From the NCBI GenBank assembly GCA_020635395.1, contig JACJZV010000001.1, positions 782,675 to 846,674 on the forward strand: a DNA stretch of 64,000 bases. The letters run 5' to 3'. The DNA is from Flavobacteriales bacterium (GTDB taxonomy: Bacteria; Bacteroidota; Bacteroidia; NS11-12g; UBA9320). A model generated the notes under the pieces. It worked only from the letters and a program-made list of their open reading frames with translations. It did no database searches and was not told the origin of the DNA. Each line of letters opens with the position of its first letter. The first letter of the stretch is position 1. Below, piece by piece: positions 13,501-19,777 of this stretch. A program made the position numbers and the translations under genes.

Positions 13501-15922
13501 AAACCTCATCACATCCTGGGTGAGTAACAGATGGGTTTCTGCTTGCTCCATCAATATCCGTTGTAACGGCCGATAGTGCAGGCACTCTGTCAAAACAAGC
13601 ATCACTCAAATGTAAGTCTGTACTACTAATAAAAGGAGGAAGTTTTTCGAAAGAATTTTGGTCATAACCCGATTTTGCACTTTGATAGGCGGCTACATTT
13701 GAATACGAAGCTCCCGCATAAACCACGTTGCTACTACCAACACTATAATAGATATTGTAATCTAAGGCGTTATAATAATTGGTGGTGCCACTGTAGTAGA
13801 GATACACCGCATATCCTCCGACGGTGTTAACAAATATATTATTCACTACATCATTTCCACTATATGTAGCAGATGAATAGCTAAAGTAACCCGCAACGTA
13901 AGTAGTTCCTGTTGTGGACGGAGTTGATGTCACCACGCAAGTATTGTGGTAAAACTTTTGATAACTGCTGCTAAGCGAATAAATAGCTCTTGCGGCATCA
14001 GTACCTGAATTTCCAACTCGAATACTATTGTTAATAAAATAGGCCGGTGCCACAGAAGAAGCGTCGCATGAACTATGATAAATGCCATATCCCCTATACA
14101 CGTCTATTTTATTTTCAGATATCATGTTTGCTCCATCAGAGTAAGCCAAGTATAGACCGTAGAGTGCAGAACTATAGGTGCTATTTGATGAAATAGTATT
14201 ATTTGAGACAGTAATGTCCTGAGTGCTATAGTTGTAGATACCATAGTAGTCAAAATCTGTACAGGTATTTCCTGTTATTTGCCAACCTTTCTGCAAGCTG
14301 GTTGTAGATATACCATAGTTGTAGATGCTTGCAGAACCATATAGAAGAACATTGTCTTTTATGATAATGTTGGTGTCCGTTGATGTTGAAGGTGAATAAA
14401 TCAGAGCTGCATAGTTGGAAGAAGAACTGGGTTTTTTCCCTTCAATGGTACAATTCTGAATCGTTATATCGCCACTGTTTTGGTCGAAAGAAACAACCCG
14501 ACAATAATACCCATCCAAACCCTTTAAGTGCAAATTGTTTAAAATATAGTGTGATGCATTATAAAAAAGTATTGTCCAATCATCAGTAGTACCCGTAGCA
14601 TCATACTCTATTATTGCTTTGCTGGTGGCTGATGGGTCGGTTTGAATGGTAATGGTGTTGGTGGCCGACTGCCCCGGCACATTTGTTATAGTATGTTGCC
14701 CTGTATAGGTGCCGGCTGCAAGATTTAGAACAACGGGGCCACAAAGCCCATTGGCCAATGCTGTCTTGGCCGCATCAATGGTTGCAAAATCACTGCTGGA
14801 TGTGCCAACGGTGTATGTTCCGCTCATGCCCGGTACAAAAGTTTTTTGCAACGTATCGTTCGCGGGTTTTCCATCCGAAGTGGAGTTCGGATTTTTTGTG
14901 TAAACAACAAAATTACTCGAACTACCGCTGTAGGTATAGGGTCCTAAATTGATGACAATAGAGCTATTTGGAGTCAATGTGCCGGTATGATTATAGGTGT
15001 TTTGTGAGGTGCCATTTACTGACCATTCCACATCAAAACTTGTCACATTGTTGTTTCCCTCGTTGGTTACTTCAATTTTTATACTATCTGTAGAATTACA
15101 AATTGCATCGCTTGGATTAACAAAAGAAGAAACAGCTACATCATTAGAAACCAAAAATTTCGGCTCAAAAATATGGTATTCGTTGTCGGATGCAGAACTA
15201 CCGCCACTACCATAAATAATATTTGGAGAGCCAGCCGATGAGTTGATTCCTGTGGTTACATCGACATAAGTGGAAGAGTTGAGCTGAACGCCTGCAGTTA
15301 GGCTTGGGGTGCCGTTCAGGTAATAGTTCTGATCAACGATGTAAATATTGTTGGTGCCTTCTTCCAAAACCACGGCCCAATAGGCATAAGACATGTTACC
15401 GATGGCATAAGAGAAGTTTTGAATCCACAACTGCCTGCTGCCAGTGCTGCCAAAAACAAAAGTATAAACATTGTCGCCTGTGCTTCTGGTAGCCACATTT
15501 TCCCAGAAATAGGCAATAGTGCTGTCGGGCAAATTACTGTTTGGTAAAGCCGAATTCGAGTTCAGAGAGCTGTTTACCTGAGTTCCAGCCACTGAGGTAC
15601 TAAACGTAAGCAAACCGTTTTGAGAAACACAAAAAGAGTCAACTGTGCCGCCATAAAACTTAAATGTAAACGGAATGGGAATAGCCAACGACCAATAATT
15701 GGTACTGGTGTAAGAACCTGTAGAACCGCCGGGGCCTTGATTGTAAGCCATAATAACTGTTCCACCAGTGGATGTAGCATCGGAACTAGTTCGCACGCCA
15801 CCGGGATTTCCCACGTTCTGGTTTGAGTTGGTTTGGGTGTAGATCCATTGTGCTTGAGCGTTTTGGTTGGTAAAAAGCAAAAACGCCACAAACACGACCA
15901 ATAAGTTGAAAAATTTCTTCAT
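4559..15922 (-). CDS. Giant (3787 aa) secreted multidomain adhesin-like T9SS cargo protein. It has an N-terminal domain, three right-handed beta-helix modules, three YQWQ Ig-like modules, about 17 PKD domains and a T9SS type-A CTD.
   Basis: A single uninterrupted 11.4-kb ORF with an ATG start. Signal peptide: MKKFFNLLVVFVAFLLFTNQNAQA. Three paralogous modules begin MSGTYTVG... / MSGTYTIGGSSPDFANF...C.GISG / LAGGNYTIGSTGTYPNF...CAGISG; each contains NN-I/V-x-N repeats and DxCF..MPALS.V.TDIDG.SR motifs. Three modules carry TICYN...YQWQ.S.DN..W..ISGAT. The recurring WNFGDGNTST..NPSHTY motif is the PKD signature. The C-terminus YPNPNNGKFVVN...GLYFIEIQNGSFVYKNTIIV is a T9SS tail. Confidence 0.9.
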   Translation of the reverse strand: MKKFFNLLVVFVAFLLFTNQNAQAQWIYTQTNSNQNVGNPGGVRTSSDATSTGGTVIMAYNQGPGGSTGSYTSTNYWSLAIPIPFTFKFYGGTVDSFCVSQNGLLTFSTSVAGTQVNSSLNSNSALPNSNLPDSTIAYFWENVATRSTGDNVYTFVFGSTGSRQLWIQNFSYAIGNMSYAYWAVVLEEGTNNIYIVDQNYYLNGTPSLTAGVQLNSSTYVDVTTGINSSAGSPNIIYGSGGSSASDNEYHIFEPKFLVSNDVAVSSFVNPSDAICNSTDSIKIEVTNEGNNNVTSFDVEWSVNGTSQNTYNHTGTLTPNSSIVINLGPYTYSGSSSNFVVYTKNPNSTSDGKPANDTLQKTFVPGMSGTYTVGTSSSDFATIDAAKTALANGLCGPVVLNLAAGTYTGQHTITNVPGQSATNTITIQTDPSATSKAIIEYDATGTTDDWTILFYNASHYILNNLHLKGLDGYYCRVVSFDQNSGDITIQNCTIEGKKPSSSSNYAALIYSPSTSTDTNIIIKDNVLLYGSASIYNYGISTTSLQKGWQITGNTCTDFDYYGIYNYSTQDITVSNNTISSNSTYSSALYGLYLAYSDGANMISENKIDVYRGYGIYHSSCDASSVAPAYFINNSIRVGNSGTDAARAIYSLSSSYQKFYHNTCVVTSTPSTTGTTYVAGYFSYSSATYSGNDVVNNIFVNTVGGYAVYLYYSGTTNYYNALDYNIYYSVGSSNVVYAGASYSNVAAYQSAKSGYDQNSFEKLPPFISSTDLHLSDACFDRVPALSAVTTDIDGASRNPSVTHPGCDEVYQGNNDIGVAEILTPSGTVSSGTQTVKVVVRNYGLNTVNGYTVSYLPSGGSVVNQNMSTTLSSCANDTVTFSSTFNHSVGCKSLTAWSSNPGGASDTKISNDSASTSFGVAMSGTYTIGGSSPDFANFTEAIDGLNCAGISGAVTLKVRSGTYTEDVFIPAIVGSSSSNTITFVSDPTNSTMPVLKNASGATIKLQNTNYVAFDGINVIQTGTSAPAFYFGGSNGNITIKNCKIEGPVVSTSTATSSTIYDETGSSLSTNVLIKDNEILYGSYGIYMYGSSTTALQDNWTITGNTIKDFYYAGLYGYYHNNSVVNNNKFIGSSTSTYGIYSSYGDGNLKITGNQITIKNYGLYISYSDATSTLPGLIANNIVVVGDNASNSARALYLYGCSYQNVYHNTFVDNSSYNSSSYPTVYIYCSSSTYVGTELKNNIIVNSGQGYLIYVSGVSYLTSDYNVFYGNSTSDMFYDGISLNSTLAGFVSSSSLDGNSVFQMPNFVSATDFHLVDPCFVKMPALSSVSTDIDGDSRGTTTTFPGADETINGSLDAGVTSILSPNGVVAAGNQVVKIAVRNYGSSTLTSVKGNFSVDGGSTTTETFTISLASCQSDTLTFSGTASISAGCSQLTAWTSDPNGSADVITINDSNSSSFGVPLAGGNYTIGSTGTYPNFTAAVDALQCAGISGPITFTVQPGTYNENINLDGTKILGTSAVNTIRFVGSGMPTITYSSSSSSDNYIVLFKDINHITFDSFNMVATGTSRGSIVVFNGTNNNITVQNSKIVGPVVSSTSSNYALIFDNSGVSNVSDSVTISNNELLNGSYGIYCYGGSSSSLQKNWMIKDNIITDFYYYGIYSFYTQDLAVLRNTISTTSSYSSLYGIYCYFSDGAQRIIGNKVTGLGDGIGMYFNACDATSTDKGLIANNFVQIGSSSNSVDGVDFYSSNNQVLSNNTIVLTSSYVSTAWAALYTSINSNYTGNEITNNIFANVGGGTAAYYGDPTLFSAINNNSYYTSGSTLISAGSSYSTLASYQSNYTTIEQNSISVNPDFNATNDYHINSLEHFEAGTTASVSDDIEQVTRRATPTIGAFELLPDVALISVASDTVCGSNQNAAPITVTFKNNSNLILSNIPLSIVVDGTTTYTETVTGTFAAGATYTQTLSTTVDLSGTTDNSITVTYTGDDVNSANSSAGIVVPYWPNPVSSFANADSCFGSAMSFSSTGTVSSGSIVSTYWMFGDATSGTGNNTNHTYASSGSYNVSISSTTNNGCKDTTARSINVLTALIAGSISGDQTICYNSMPSTFGNTTPASGSAGTYGYQWQSSADNAAWSDISGAMGATYSSGNLTTTTYFRRGVTTNVGCGPEYSASIKVTVRDELMAGTIGSDQTICYNTVPSSISESAVPTGGDGSWTLQWQLSSNGSTWSNISGATSNSYNPSALTATRYYRLRYTGGSSCGVVYSNTVTINVYNDLYAGLVGNPHSVCPNGTPNTLNQTSAATGGNGTYTYQWQESNDNATWSNISGATSASYNSTSSLTNAMFYRRNTISGAGCGTKPTNSVKVSIAPLPNVSFVATPHCFNDVMPITNNSSVSSGSITGYLWNFGDGNSSTAAVPSYTYASSGVKNIKLIATTNIGCKDSATGTVNVSNAPVPTFYAIYDCKDDSSRFKNTTSVNCGKINAFLWELGDGTTSTLEDPVHKYASSGTYTVKFKIFLPGGFKDSVTKTVTVLPKATSGFTANDVCFGDSVKFVNSSTNAYSYSWSFGDNTTSTQENPTHFYRAAQTYNVTLISADGNGCNDTTTKSVTVKVRPFAYFSVDNRCVNTATPFVNGSLYAHNYVWNFGDGNTSTSSATNVSHAYGASGNYTASLYAYNNNGCKDTFTAAVESYSNPVSSFSISDMCKGSSFTATNSSTSAISYTWNMGDGTTFSSAAPTYNYANAGTYTVSLAVYSINGCGDTSTNSVVVYDNPVANFQTTNSCLGSTTNFTNNTSGGSGTLSYSWNFGDGNTSTQANPTHTYTAAGTYTVSLTATGTGSCAGTVSKTVTIYDNPTAAITVSDVCIGTTSNFVGTSTGASNYHWNFGDGNTSTSQSPSHTYAAAGSYNVMFVAQNSNGCADTANVMHNVNAMPTAAFTANTACLGSATVFTNSSSVGSGTLTYTWSFGDGSSSSVSNPSHTYASAGNYTASLTATANGCSSTISKNVVVNDKPTTDFSVSNNCLGVVTTFTNLSGGASSYSWNFGNGSTSTSVNPTYTYASAGTYTVSLTGIGAGGCNSVVSKTVTIYSNPTADFSTANVCVGNTATFSNNSSSGSYYWDFNDGAASTATNPSHAYTNAGTYNVTLTVTNSNGCIASTGKSIVVYDAPIAMFAGISGCSGSNLTFSNTSSGATTYTWNFGDGGTSTSANPSHTYSAAGNYVVSLTAKNANGCSNTYQQTVIISGTPTANFTANNACLGSAVTFTNTSVGGSSNWNFGDGTSSGQFSPMHSYAAVGNYTVNLTVTSAQGCTSSTSKMVSVNPNPVASFTATALCTGPTATFTDNSTISSGSIASSNFEYGDGNSGTSNTHTYATAGTYGQVRLTVTSDKGCVSSTLRSVTVADAPSVSISANDVCLGNSITFGTTTNSGVKSWSFGDGNTSGALTPTHIYSSAGTYNVSVTVENKVGCTAMAATTVRVFALPVANFSTTGGCQNTDISFTNTSNGAAVSYWNFGDGGTSTLQNPTHNYANSGSKVVSLSIASTEGCTNEITKTINVLQSPMASFIVGNVCEGDVTQFTNSSRNATSASWSFGDGNTATSNNATHAYATQGTYRVILIASNGTCSDTSDRNVTINPLPNSGFTFKTAGRDVNFTPNIAGATYNWNFGDGATSTHQNPSHHYNVNNQSFNVCLKVVDNLGCASTSCNQVKISLLGVDKIENGIQIYPNPNNGKFVVNVGQKNGDISFNIYDTKGALIKSSDDINTSTFEVELGETAEGLYFIEIQNGSFVYKNTIIVTR
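4950..8740 (-). repeat. Tandem array of about 17 PKD-domain-encoding repeat units with a period of about 235 bp, inside the giant adhesin gene.
   Basis: The plus-strand string CATCGCCAAAATTCCAA (antisense of W-N-F-G-D-G) and close variants recur at about 4951, 5173, 5405, 5641, 6113, 6343, 6583, 6813, 7043, 7283, 7515, 7763, 7993, 8231, 8471 and 8713. Confidence 0.85.
10370..14830 (-). repeat. Three diverged tandem units of about 1.6 kb that encode the beta-helix modules of the giant adhesin. Boundaries are approximate.
   Basis: At protein level the module starts lie at about aa 366, 919 and 1458, which map to about 14827, 13168 and 11551. Each has the same order of landmarks: G-x-YT-I/V-G, C-x-GISG, beta-helix repeats, then DxCF...TDIDGxSR. 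Confidence 0.55.
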
Positions 15923-16185
15923 AAAAACACTTTAAATTAATTCTATAAATGAGTTATCAAATACCGAAAAACCGTTCTAAATCACAGAAATAACTGCACC
16001 ATTTTTGCATTAAATGTTACATTGAATGCTGAACCCTCGATTAAGTAACTACACTACCAGTCAAAAATGGTATATAAATCGGATATACGCAATACATTTT
16101 TTTTGAAAGATAAAGTGCTTATATTCAGTAGGTTGCGTGGATTTGAAGGAAAAAGGTAGGATGTTGTAAAATGTCTAAAAAAAAA

Positions 16186-16965
16186 TCACTTCGGATTTAT
16201 TTTCGGGGCAATTTTCCAAAAGAGCGTGGGCAGGTATTTGTGAATGTAATAGAGTATCAACTCTTTTTTACCTATCAAAACTTCACGCTTGTTTCGTGCA
16301 ATGGCTTTGCCAATTTTGGCGGCACACACCTCTACCGACATCCCATTTCGCTGCCCATCATCCATCTGTCCTGTCGGTTTTCCATCAGGGTTTAAAGCAT
16401 TTTTGGAGATATTCGTTCTTATTCTTCCCGGACAAACTACCGTGGTGCGGATGTTCTGATTTATATATTCCAATCCCAGAGTTTCGAAATATCCAACAAC
16501 CGCATGCTTACTTGCCGAATAGCTGCTGCGAAGCGGAAACCCAAACTTGCCGGAAATGCTACTGACAACTGAAATGTTGCCACCACCGGTTTCTATCATC
16601 CAGGGCAGCACTTTTTTTGTTAATGCAACGGTGCCAAAGTAGTTTATTTCAAAAATTCTTCTGTCAACGGTTTCGGGAGTGTCTGTTATTTTACTCCGTT
16701 GGCTAATGCCACCGTTATTTATTAATATGTCAATTTTTGAAACGTTTTTTTTGGCCATTTCAACCGCATTTTCAATGGTTTTTGAATCAGCCAAATCTAA
16801 CGGAATAATGTATATCTCGCCGTTGGTTTGGCAAGATTTTGCAACAACTTCTAAGGCAGATTCGTTGCGGGCAGAAAGAATTAGGTTAAATCCTTTTTTT
16901 GAATAATAATGGGCTAAGGCTTCGCCAATGCCCGAGCTGGCACCCGTTATCCAAACGGTTTTCAT
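16186..16965 (-). CDS. SDR-family short-chain dehydrogenase/reductase.
   Basis: TGASSGIGEALA is the Rossmann motif and YSASKHAV is the catalytic YxxxK. The ORF track begins at TTG 16968; the ATG at 16965 is the likelier start. The stop abuts the upstream gene with a 3-nt gap, so the two form an operon. Confidence 0.85.
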   Translation of the reverse strand: MKTVWITGASSGIGEALAHYYSKKGFNLILSARNESALEVVAKSCQTNGEIYIIPLDLADSKTIENAVEMAKKNVSKIDILINNGGISQRSKITDTPETVDRRIFEINYFGTVALTKKVLPWMIETGGGNISVVSSISGKFGFPLRSSYSASKHAVVGYFETLGLEYINQNIRTTVVCPGRIRTNISKNALNPDGKPTGQMDDGQRNGMSVEVCAAKIGKAIARNKREVLIGKKELILYYIHKYLPTLFWKIAPKINPK

Positions 16966-16968
16966 CAA

Positions 16969-17898
16969 TTATTTAAGTGTGAATTTTGTGCTGCCGAGCA
17001 ACACACCTTCGCAATACACATTGGCCGTATATTCTCCGGCGGTCATATCGTTTGATTTTTCCCAAAAGAAAACCACCTTCTCATTAGAGTTGGTAAAATT
17101 GAATTTCTCCTTTTTGGTGTAAAGCGAGCCGTGGTCGTCCAACGTAAACGTTCCTGAACCCTTTGCCTGATTGTTCAGCGTTGTTTTTTCGGGTGATAAA
17201 ATTTGCAAATACAACGTTTTGCTTTCTTTTATGGCCACCGCATTGTTGTCTATCACAGCTTCTACCATAATTCTATCGGTTTTTGAAAACCTATCGGTTT
17301 CTTTTTCAGTGCCACTGCCTTTTACTTTTATGCCATAGGCTCTAAGCGATTTTGTTTTAAGGCGTTTTGCAATATCTAATTGGGCGTTAATCTTGTCTCT
17401 TTCAGCTACCACAGCTTCTGTCTTTTTGGTTTGTTCCACCAATTCGTTCTTTTTGGCATACAACGAATCTCTGAAAAATTCTTTTTCCTTTTTCAGTTGT
17501 TCTATTTGGGCAATGTAGCCATCACGTTCGGTGGTAAGCTCCTGAATTTGTTTTTTAAATTTTTCGATGTCTGCCTTGCTCACATTTCCGCTGTTGATGG
17601 CTTTTTTCAACTCAGCCACTTTTGCGTTCAGTTTCATTTCTTGTTCACGAATCACACTGTCGAGTTTTTGGTTTTCGCCTTTATACTCCACCAATTCGAG
17701 ATTCAATCTATCCAACTCTTCATTAAGTTGTGCTTTTTCGGCAGTCAAATCATCCACTTGCTCCTGTTTTTCTTCCACCACTTTCTTTTTAGAAAGCAGT
17801 TGATAGACCAGCAAACCATTAACCGCAAGCAATGCAAGCACAACAAGCAACAAATACAATCGGCTACGTTTATCTTTTTCTTCGTTTTTAAATGTCAT
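16969..17898 (-). CDS. Membrane-anchored coiled-coil protein of unknown function.
   Basis: The N-terminal TM helix is LYLLLVVLALLAVNGLLVY. It is followed by about 170 aa of K/E/Q-rich heptad-like sequence and a C-terminal beta-rich domain. The ORF-track start is TTG 17922; the first ATG is at 17898. Confidence 0.55.
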   Translation of the reverse strand: MTFKNEEKDKRSRLYLLLVVLALLAVNGLLVYQLLSKKKVVEEKQEQVDDLTAEKAQLNEELDRLNLELVEYKGENQKLDSVIREQEMKLNAKVAELKKAINSGNVSKADIEKFKKQIQELTTERDGYIAQIEQLKKEKEFFRDSLYAKKNELVEQTKKTEAVVAERDKINAQLDIAKRLKTKSLRAYGIKVKGSGTEKETDRFSKTDRIMVEAVIDNNAVAIKESKTLYLQILSPEKTTLNNQAKGSGTFTLDDHGSLYTKKEKFNFTNSNEKVVFFWEKSNDMTAGEYTANVYCEGVLLGSTKFTLK

Positions 17899-18003
17899 AC
17901 TACCGAAACAAATTTCTGACAAAATTAGTATATTTTTGGGTTGATAAGAAAAATAGCTTTAACAGATGCTTTGTTTATGGGAAGATTAGTGTATTTGGGG
18001 TAT

Positions 18004-18073
18004 AACCGCCGTGCAGAAGCTTGCCGCTGCATCCCTTTTTTAAAATCACTGCTCAATTTGTTTGGTTTTTAAG
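18004..18073. repeat. Direct repeat copy A (~70 bp), flanking the Hint cassette on its downstream side.
   Basis: AACCGCCGTGCAGAAGCTTGCCGCTGCATCCCTTTTTTAAAATCACTGCTCAATTTGTTTGGTTTTTAAG. It matches 19565..19634 with about 5 mismatches. It contains the imperfect hairpin GCAG-N10-CTGC followed by a T6 run. Confidence 0.8.
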
Positions 18074-18171
18074 ATAGAATGCAGGAATAAACCTTAATAA
18101 AATTACATGGATAAGGAATTATTTTTCTTCCGCTCGAAACCATGCCTAAAAGAAACCGATAGCCAACTTTT

Positions 18172-18591
18172 TTAACTCCCCGTAATCAACACATAGACAG
18201 GTATCTTTTCTTCTCCAAATTTTTCTTCTACTGCAAATGCAAAACCTTCAAAAAAATGGTTGTCTCTATCACCCAAAATGGGTGAGCCTATTTTGTTATG
18301 CGTTTGATATAGTAAATCTAATGCCGTAAAATACTTGCCATTAGCAGCCTCCAATGTTTCTATATGTTCTCGCACTTCTTCGTATTCTTCAAGCGGCAAC
18401 ACTATGGCGGCTATCATTACCTTTGGGCTGTTTATGGTGTTTTCATCCCATTTAATTTTGGGATAAGTACCCTTGTAGCCAATGCTTTTGTGGTAGGTTC
18501 TAAGGGCTTCTTTAAATGCTTCGGCAGTTTCGTAGGGTGCTTCTATATAGTTCCAATAGAGGTCTCTAAAAAGTTCTTTTGTATAGTCCAT
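18172..18591 (-). CDS. Small (139 aa) cytoplasmic protein of unknown function; candidate immunity protein for the upstream Hint-domain toxin.
   Basis: ATG start. It lies 18 nt downstream of the Hint gene on the same strand and inside the repeat-bounded cassette. There is no signal peptide and no recognisable family. The immunity call is inferred from position only. Confidence 0.4.
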   Translation of the reverse strand: MDYTKELFRDLYWNYIEAPYETAEAFKEALRTYHKSIGYKGTYPKIKWDENTINSPKVMIAAIVLPLEEYEEVREHIETLEAANGKYFTALDLLYQTHNKIGSPILGDRDNHFFEGFAFAVEEKFGEEKIPVYVLITGS

Positions 18592-18609
18592 ATTTGCTTT
18601 TTTAGTTTT

Positions 18610-19497
18610 CTAAACAAAATATTTGCATGGGTTAAAATTGGTATTCCTTTTCCATCGATTAAATGCATACTCGGTCATGGCATTGCTACGGTTTTTTAAA
18701 ATACCCAGACCCTTATGCTCCTTTGCACCACCAAAATAGGTGATTAAATATTGCTCGATTACCCGGGCTTCAAAAAATTTCATTTTTATACCATCTATAC
18801 CGGATATAAATACATCTTTAATGCTTATTGAACTTATTTCTGTCGTCCTTTTCCATAAGTTGTATTCTTTGATACCATCCAAGGCACGTTTGCCTTCTTC
18901 AACATGCTGAACGTGCCTTAAATCTAACCGCTGCGTTGTAATGCCGACATAGAGGTCGGCTTTGGAAACTTTGTCTTTTAGGGTGTAGAATTCAAACACG
19001 TACTCCGTTTGGTCGGCATAGCTGAAAGCCGTTTGGTTGTGTGTAAGAATGCCTGAGTTGGCTACTAAGTAGTTGTGGTTTTGAGCCACTTCTATGTTGT
19101 GGGTGGGTACTTGTTGTTCTATTTTTTGGATAGATGCAATGTGTATATGTTTGTTGTTTTGGGCATCGAACAAATAATCGCCCAACGACAGTTGGCTGGC
19201 GGCTTTCCAACGCTTGGCAAAGGCTTCAAAAAACCGGTGGTTGCCCGTTACATTTAGTTCTGTGCCGCAAGTGGTGGTTATTTTGATGTATTGCAAGGCG
19301 GTGTTGGTATATGTTTGCAATATTAGTTGCAATTCGGTAGTTTTGGTTTTTTCGTTATAGCTCCACACGTTTTCGCCTGTCTTTAAATCTTCAATAGGTT
19401 TTAGCCCTTGTTCGGTATGCACCATTGTACCAGCCAAAAAACATGGAATTTTAGGCGGTTTTTCAAAAAGGTCTGTAAATCTATAATCTTTCCACAT
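18610..19497 (-). CDS. Hint (Hedgehog/intein)-domain protein with a C-terminal domain of about 140 aa of unknown type. This is the architecture of a pre-toxin Hint plus toxin tip from a polymorphic toxin, but it lacks any N-terminal delivery or repeat region.
   Basis: ATG start (MWKDY...). Hint block A is CFLAGTMV at aa 27, block B is VTGNHRFF, and the C-terminal block is HNYLVANSGILTHN. A further C-terminal domain of about 140 aa has no recognised motif. There is no signal peptide and no RHS/YD/filamentous repeats. Confidence 0.7.
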   Translation of the reverse strand: MWKDYRFTDLFEKPPKIPCFLAGTMVHTEQGLKPIEDLKTGENVWSYNEKTKTTELQLILQTYTNTALQYIKITTTCGTELNVTGNHRFFEAFAKRWKAASQLSLGDYLFDAQNNKHIHIASIQKIEQQVPTHNIEVAQNHNYLVANSGILTHNQTAFSYADQTEYVFEFYTLKDKVSKADLYVGITTQRLDLRHVQHVEEGKRALDGIKEYNLWKRTTEISSISIKDVFISGIDGIKMKFFEARVIEQYLITYFGGAKEHKGLGILKNRSNAMTEYAFNRWKRNTNFNPCKYFV

Positions 19498-19564
19498 TTG
19501 GGTCGCAAAGTTAAGTTTATTTCTTCCCCTCAGACTCCTTTAATGGGTGGGCGGATTCAAACCC

Positions 19565-19634
19565 AACCGCCATTCAGAAGCTTGCCGCTGCATCCCTTTT
19601 TTAAAAGCACTACTCAATTTGTTTGGTTTTTAAG
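19565..19634. repeat. Direct repeat copy B (~70 bp), flanking the Hint cassette on its upstream side.
   Basis: AACCGCCATTCAGAAGCTTGCCGCTGCATCCCTTTTTTAAAAGCACTACTCAATTTGTTTGGTTTTTAAG. It lies 68 nt upstream of the Hint gene ATG. In copy A the first residues (AACCGCC) close a 5-bp GGCGG/CCGCC hairpin. Confidence 0.8.
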
Positions 19635-19735
19635 CTAAAATGATGCAAAATACGTATTGAGAATCTGGATTAAAGCAGGGTGCATTTTTCATCCTTAAAC
19701 CTTAATTCCTTCAACCTTAAACATTCAAAAAAATC

Positions 19736-19743
19736 TATCTTTG
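19736..19743 (+). promoter_or_regulatory. Candidate Bacteroidota sigma-A -7 element (TAnnTTTG) for sucA.
   Basis: TATCTTTG ends 35 nt before the sucA ATG. No clean -33 TTG element was found at the expected spacing. Confidence 0.25.
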
Positions 19744-19777
19744 CCACCCATTTTTAATTGAGTTTTGAAATACACAA

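Noticed and set aside
17380-17919. 179-aa plus-strand ORF rich in Phe/Leu opposite the coiled-coil gene.
   Set aside because: It is the complement of K/E/Q-rich coiled-coil codons (AAA/GAA gives TTT/TTC). It is a low-complexity artefact.
18013-18040. GCAGAAGCTTGCCGCTGC followed by CCCTTTTTT inside each 70-bp direct repeat, considered as a rho-independent terminator.
   Set aside because: The stem is only 4 bp (GCAG/CTGC) with a 10-nt loop. The orientation is wrong for the minus-strand genes on either side. It is kept only as part of the repeat description.
19538-19570. GGGTGGGCGGATTCAAACCCAACCGCC, with GGATTCAAACC resembling the reverse complement of a tRNA T-loop. This could be a relic tRNA 3' end marking an integration (att) site next to the Hint cassette.
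   Set aside because: No cloverleaf can be folded. The T-stem halves do not pair, and the only consistent structure is a GGCGG-N12-CCGCC hairpin. No full tRNA gene is present at either repeat copy, and the segment overlaps the Hint gene start.
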